In this document: piece by piece, positions 30,001-33,191 of the stretch
Position numbering within the stretch: the stretch's first letter is position 1
Layout of the letters: every line of letters starts with the position of its first letter
DNA from: Acidobacteriota bacterium
GTDB lineage: Bacteria > Acidobacteriota > Thermoanaerobaculia > Thermoanaerobaculales > Thermoanaerobaculaceae
Length of the DNA: 33,191 nucleotides
Reading direction: 5' to 3'
NCBI GenBank assembly: GCA_043807175.1
Contig: JAZDGE010000131.1
Span: 1 to 33,191, forward strand
The notes under the pieces: model-generated
Told to the model about the DNA's origin: nothing
What the model saw: the letters and a program-made list of their open reading frames with translations, nothing else
The model's database searches: none
Program-made: the position numbers and the translations under genes

Positions 30001-30822
30001 TGGCAGTTCATCACCGCGGAGGTGAGTGCCACGGTTTCCGAGCGGATCGGCCTCAAGCGCAGCTTGACCGAGGCGTTGACCCGCGAGGAGTTTACCCTGC
30101 ACTACCAGCCCCAGCTCCAGCTCGCCACCGGGCGGGTGGTGGCGATTGAGGCGCTGGTTCGCTGGCAACGGCCCGGCCTCGGTGAGCTGCTCCCCGGGAA
30201 GTTCATCGAGCTCGCAGAGGAGACGGCGTTCATCGAGCCGCTCGGGGAATGGGTGCTGAAGACTGCGTGTGCCCAGGGCCAGGCATGGCGCACGGCGGGG
30301 TTCGGCTCGTGCGCGGTCGCCGTGAACCTCTCCGCCCGGCAGTTCCACCAGCGGGAGCTGAGCGGCGTGATAGCCCGCGCTCTGGCAGTCACCGGCTTCG
30401 ACGCCAGGCTGCTGGTGCTGGAGATCACCGAGAGCACGGCGATGCGGGACATGGAGGCCACGGCGGTCATCCTCGGGGAGCTCAACGAACTGGGCGTGAG
30501 CATTGCGGTCGATGACTTCGGTCGGGGCTACTCCTCGCTCGCCTACTTGAAACGCTTTCCGATCCACGCGCTGAAGATCGACCAGAGCTTCATCCGCGAC
30601 GTTGTGCGCAGCCCGGAGGACGCGGCCATCGTCCAGGCCATCGTGTCGATGGCGCACGCCCTCAACCTGCGGGTCGTCGCTGAGGGCGTGGAGACGACCG
30701 AGCAGCTCGCCTTCCTCCGCCGGGCCGGGTGCGACGAGGTCCAGGGCTTCCTGATCGGGCGGCCCGGCCCGCCGTCAGAGCTCGAGCCATTCCTGCGGGG
30801 ACCGCGGGACGTTGACGCGTGA
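27094..30822 (+). CDS. Periplasmic-sensor c-di-GMP protein: two-component-regulator propeller repeats + Y_Y_Y domain + TM + degenerate GGDEF (GSDEF) + EAL
   Basis: Signal/anchor GFFCGAWGILALVAGAAHA. More than 12 repeats of the G.LW(V/I)GT..GL.R type. FKYRLEGLDRDW...YYTNLHPGEYRFRVTA (Y_Y_Y). TM WFYALVVVAAAAGTW. GGDEF domain with RMGSDEF. EAL domain with EALVRW, NLS, EITES, DDFGRGYSS, KIDQSF, EGVET, QGF all present. Start ATG 27094 follows AGGGGGA. Confidence 0.9.
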   Translation: MVRMAPTRAERWPANGAGRGFFCGAWGILALVAGAAHALDPDKALTQYIHERWEAGQGLPQNSVQALLQARDGYLWVATQEGLARFDGVRFEVFDTRNSPALSNNFIRALFEDRQGELWIGTNGGGLVHLSERGMTAVTVADGLPSNRVLAVCEAGKGALWVGTDAGLARLENGVVVRGAAVDLPTDLVRALLCTEDGALWVGTDAGLVRLAGGGLIRYTTATGLPNNHVRAMLLSHGELWVGTDGGLVRFAGFASHGSAPQTWVPRRRVTALYQDRHGSLWIGTNAGLFRLRGGALSALTSSDGLPDDNILSLLADREGSLWVGTGSGGLNRLRDGKVTVFAAREGLGNDKVRTIYEDAQGVVWVGTDGGLSRMEGGRITTLSTQEGLPSKKVTSVYADGKGTLWVGTYGAGLGRVSNGVVRTISSRDGLSHDVITVIQGDRAGDLWVGTGSGLNRLRDGRITPFAGSDRLADEAVMFIHEDRGGALWIGTYGGGLNRLQDGQLASFTKEDGLSSNMVIAAHEDAEGVLWFGTLGGGLNRYQGGVFTSCTTKQGLFDDNVFEILEDDLGNFWIGCHRGIYRVAKGELSALAQSKARSVSCAVYTVAEGMRSNECAGGSQPAGWKTRDGRLWFATIQGAVVIDPARPGKNPFPPPVHIEKITVKGSPIKVATDLRLPPGSRNLEIHYTALSFVDASKVLFKYRLEGLDRDWVVAGTRRVAYYTNLHPGEYRFRVTACNNDAVWNEAGAAVEFTLEPYFYQTRWFYALVVVAAAAGTWGGLEVRVRKMKRREAELLALIEERDRAVARLDHLAHHDLLTGLPNRLSFYDGLTRALVEERESGRRFALLLINLDRFNEINDMMGHEVGDMVLRAVARRLGALLGEGDIVARMGSDEFTVLWRGLDRDGDPGRFASRILDELSAPLHLAGQEFRLLASIGVAICPADGDDVETLMRNADFAMNRAKNEGGHTWQFITAEVSATVSERIGLKRSLTEALTREEFTLHYQPQLQLATGRVVAIEALVRWQRPGLGELLPGKFIELAEETAFIEPLGEWVLKTACAQGQAWRTAGFGSCAVAVNLSARQFHQRELSGVIARALAVTGFDARLLVLEITESTAMRDMEATAVILGELNELGVSIAVDDFGRGYSSLAYLKRFPIHALKIDQSFIRDVVRSPEDAAIVQAIVSMAHALNLRVVAEGVETTEQLAFLRRAGCDEVQGFLIGRPGPPSELEPFLRGPRDVDA

Positions 30823-30854
30823 CGGGGCGCTTCGGTGCAGCCCGCGACCCGCAC

Positions 30855-31139
30855 TCATGACCAGCGCGGCGCCGGGCGGTCGAGCCAGGTCCACGCGATG
30901 TAGTCGCAGGTAGGCGGCTCGCCGCCGAGGGCGCGGAGGCGCGCCATGTTCTGACCGCGGTGGTGCCGGCTGTGCATGACCACCTTCAGCATGGTCTCCA
31001 GGCTCGCCCGGGATGAGGCTTACCTCGTCGTCGGGGGGATCAAGGCCAGCCCGACCAAAGAGGCGGCGCGCTCGGAGCTGGTCGGGTGTGGCGGGGGGGT
31101 TCCAAGCGCCGGAGGAACCTTGACGCAGGACCTGGCCTC
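30855..31139 (-). pseudogene. DinB-family (DinB/YfiT-like) gene remnant: 5'-truncated and probably frameshifted
   Basis: The minus-strand frame reads [37 protein letters not shown], the DinB C-terminal H-x3-HRGQ...DY signature. In-frame TAA lies 9 codons upstream of the ATG. A second frame continues upstream (..[29 protein letters not shown]) to a stop at 31140-31142. Only about 90 of ~165 expected residues remain. Confidence 0.5.
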
Positions 31140-31180
31140 GCTATGATGGTCAAGTCCGCCACGCCACAGAGGAGACGCCG

Positions 31181-31663
31181 ATGGCACGCAAGGAAAGCGA
31201 CGAAACACAGCACCTCCTCAAGGTGGTGATCGAGCACTTCGACGAGAAGATCAAGGTTCTTGCCGACGGGCACATGATGCTGGCCGAGAAAATCGAGCGA
31301 GTTGCGTCGGAGCTGCGGTCGGAGATGAGGGATCAGGGCGAGCTGCTCCGCACGGAGATGCGAGCGGGCGACGCCAAGATTACCACCGAGCTGCGCGCCG
31401 AGATGAAGCTTCAAGGCGAGCAGTTGCGCGCCGAAATCCATGCCGGCGACGTGGCGCTGCGCGAGGAGATGCAGGCAGGCGACGTGGCGCTGCGCGAGGA
31501 GTTGGGTGCCTTTCGCACCGAGGTCAAAACCGAGTTTGTGGAGCTGCGGGCGATGATGAAGCTCTCGTACGCCGAGATCGATGCGCGCTTCTCGCGCCTG
31601 GAGTCGACGGTCGGCGAGCTTTCGGCCCGCCTCGACCGGCTCGAGCGACGGACCGCTTCGTAG
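31181..31663 (+). CDS. Coiled-coil protein with 11-residue tandem repeats
   Basis: RBS GAGGAG 6 nt before the ATG. ELRSEMRDQGE/LLRTEMRAGDA/..QLRAEIHAGDV/ALREEMQAGDV/ALREELGAFRT repeats. C-terminal RLESTVGELSARLDRLERR. No TM segment or signal peptide. Confidence 0.75.
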   Translation: MARKESDETQHLLKVVIEHFDEKIKVLADGHMMLAEKIERVASELRSEMRDQGELLRTEMRAGDAKITTELRAEMKLQGEQLRAEIHAGDVALREEMQAGDVALREELGAFRTEVKTEFVELRAMMKLSYAEIDARFSRLESTVGELSARLDRLERRTAS

Positions 31664-31894
31664 GGAACCAGGCCGCAAGACCTGGGATCGACTCCCCCGC
31701 CAGAGCCCGAAGGCTCATACATCTCTGCCTGGCGAGGCCTTGCCGGTTTCGGTGGACCCGCTGCCGCCATGCCCTCAACCCGAGCCCCTGAACGCAGTTC
31801 TCGACCCTACGCCGCGGTTGCACGGTCCCGCCGGGCGGGCTAGAGTGTTGGGTGGGGCGGCTGCACTCGCTCCAGACCGGCGAGGAGGTGCCGA

Positions 31895-33191
31895 TTGTCT
31901 CACCCGCTCCTGCGCACCAAGCCGCTGTCACTGATTGTCGTGGAGACTCAGGAAGGCCAGGGCAGCCTCAAGCGTGTACTCGGCGCCTGGGATCTGGTTG
32001 CGATCGGCATTGGGTGCATCGTCGGTGTGGGGATCTTCGTCCTCCCCGGCGTCGAGGCCGCCAACCACGCGGGGCCGGGCATTATTCTCTCGTTTGTCAT
32101 CGCGGCCTGCGCCTGCGCCTGCGCGGCGCTGTGCTACGCCGAGCTGGCGGCGATGATCCCGGTGGCGGGGAGTGCCTACACCTATGGCTACGCGACGATC
32201 GGCGAGGTCTTCGCGTGGATCATCGGCTGGGACCTGATCCTCGAGTACATGGTGGGGGCCAGCCTGGTCTCGATTGGCTGGTCTGCCTACCTGGTCAACC
32301 TCGTCAACCACATGGCGGAGCCCTGGGGATGGAAGCTGCCCCACGCCTGGTGTGCGGCGCCCTGGGGGGCGAACCCCGGGATCTTGAATCTGCCCGCGGT
32401 GCTCATCGTCATGGTCCTGACCGGGCTGCTGGTGCGTGGCATCCGGGAGAGCGCGCGCGCCAACCTCGTCATGGTCGCGGTCAAGCTGGTGGCGATTCTC
32501 CTCTTCATCGGCCTCGCGACCTGGTACGTGAAGCCACAGAACTGGTCGCCATTTGCCCCCTTCGGCTTCTCCGGGATCATGACCGCGGCCGCGATCGTGT
32601 TCCTTGCCTATGTCGGTTTCGACGCCGTCTCGACCACCGCCGAGGAGGCGATCAACCCCCAGCGCGACATGCCGATCGGGATCATGGGCTCACTCGCGGT
32701 CGCCACCGTGCTCTACGTGGCGGTGGCGGCGATCATGACCGGGGTGGTGCCCTACCGCGAGCTCAACGTGGCTGACCCGATCGCGCTCGTGCTCAATGTG
32801 CTCCACATGCCGGTGGCCTCCGCGGTGGTCAGCGTTGGCGCCCTCGCCGGCATCACCAGCGTGCTGCTCATCCTCCTACTCGGGCAGCCGCGCATCCTGT
32901 TTGCGATGTCGCGCGATGGCCTGCTGCCGGCGGCGCTCTCGCGGGTGCACTCGCGCTTCCGCACGCCGTACATCACGACGATCATCACCGGTGGGATTGT
33001 GGCGATGTCGGCCGCCCTCACACCGATCAACGTGGTCGCCGAGCTGTGCTCGATCGGCACGCTGTTCGCGTTCATTATCGTGTCGGCGGGCGTGCTCGTG
33101 CTCCGCCGGACGCGGCCGGAGGTGCCGAGGCCGTTTCGCGCCCCCCTTTATCCCTTCATTCCGGCGCTCGGCATCCTCCTTTGCGGCTACA
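31895..33191 (+). CDS. APC-superfamily amino acid permease (cationic amino-acid transporter-like), 3'-partial
   Basis: Not in the ORF track because it has no stop in the window. Own translation from TTG 31895 (GAGGAGG 6 nt upstream): SHPLLRTKPL...LGAWDLVAIGIGCIVGVGIFVLPG...AELAAMIPVAGSAYTYGY...FLAYVGFDAVSTTAEEAINPQRDMP...FRTPY.., open to base 33191. Confidence 0.88.
   Translation, partial: MSHPLLRTKPLSLIVVETQEGQGSLKRVLGAWDLVAIGIGCIVGVGIFVLPGVEAANHAGPGIILSFVIAACACACAALCYAELAAMIPVAGSAYTYGYATIGEVFAWIIGWDLILEYMVGASLVSIGWSAYLVNLVNHMAEPWGWKLPHAWCAAPWGANPGILNLPAVLIVMVLTGLLVRGIRESARANLVMVAVKLVAILLFIGLATWYVKPQNWSPFAPFGFSGIMTAAAIVFLAYVGFDAVSTTAEEAINPQRDMPIGIMGSLAVATVLYVAVAAIMTGVVPYRELNVADPIALVLNVLHMPVASAVVSVGALAGITSVLLILLLGQPRILFAMSRDGLLPAALSRVHSRFRTPYITTIITGGIVAMSAALTPINVVAELCSIGTLFAFIIVSAGVLVLRRTRPEVPRPFRAPLYPFIPALGILLCGY

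Overview
Very GC-rich bacterial chromosomal segment; codon third positions are almost always G/C, so every real gene carries long antisense or out-of-frame shadow ORFs. Coding frames were chosen by recognisable protein motifs, RBS/start context and amino-acid composition. Most of the window is conserved housekeeping. It holds an LptM-like lipoprotein next to dapF, a stand-alone FCD protein with a class-V cysteine desulfurase, and lepA-lepB. It also holds tsaD-mtnA, gap-pgk-tpiA-secG-tRNA-Leu(GAG), a contiguous bacillithiol operon bshC-bshB-bshA, and a Ste24-like M48 peptidase. A large propeller/Y_Y_Y-GGDEF-EAL sensor and an APC permease (running off the 3' edge, absent from the ORF track) complete the set. 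No transposase, integrase, CRISPR array or rRNA was seen. Two things stand out. (1) A tightly coupled minus-strand pair at 23061-26565: an SNF2-family ATPase with an unassignable N-terminal region, followed 4 nt later by a 384-aa protein ending in three CxxC pairs that I cannot place in any family. This is the best candidate for an undescribed system. (2) Most intergenic gaps between positions 1 and 23060 are filled by degenerate heptanucleotide arrays (STRR-like) joined to G-run boxes. The same small set of 7-nt words recurs at unlinked loci. A ~70-nt G-rich core occurs as a tandem pair upstream of dapF and as an inverted pair bracketing the M48 peptidase gene. G4-type motifs overlap the Shine-Dalgarno sites of lepB and bshA. 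Smaller oddities are a frameshifted, 5'-truncated DinB-family remnant, an 11-residue-repeat coiled-coil protein, and a ~500-nt C-rich leader region after the tRNA. All family assignments come from motif recognition by eye; no database search was possible.
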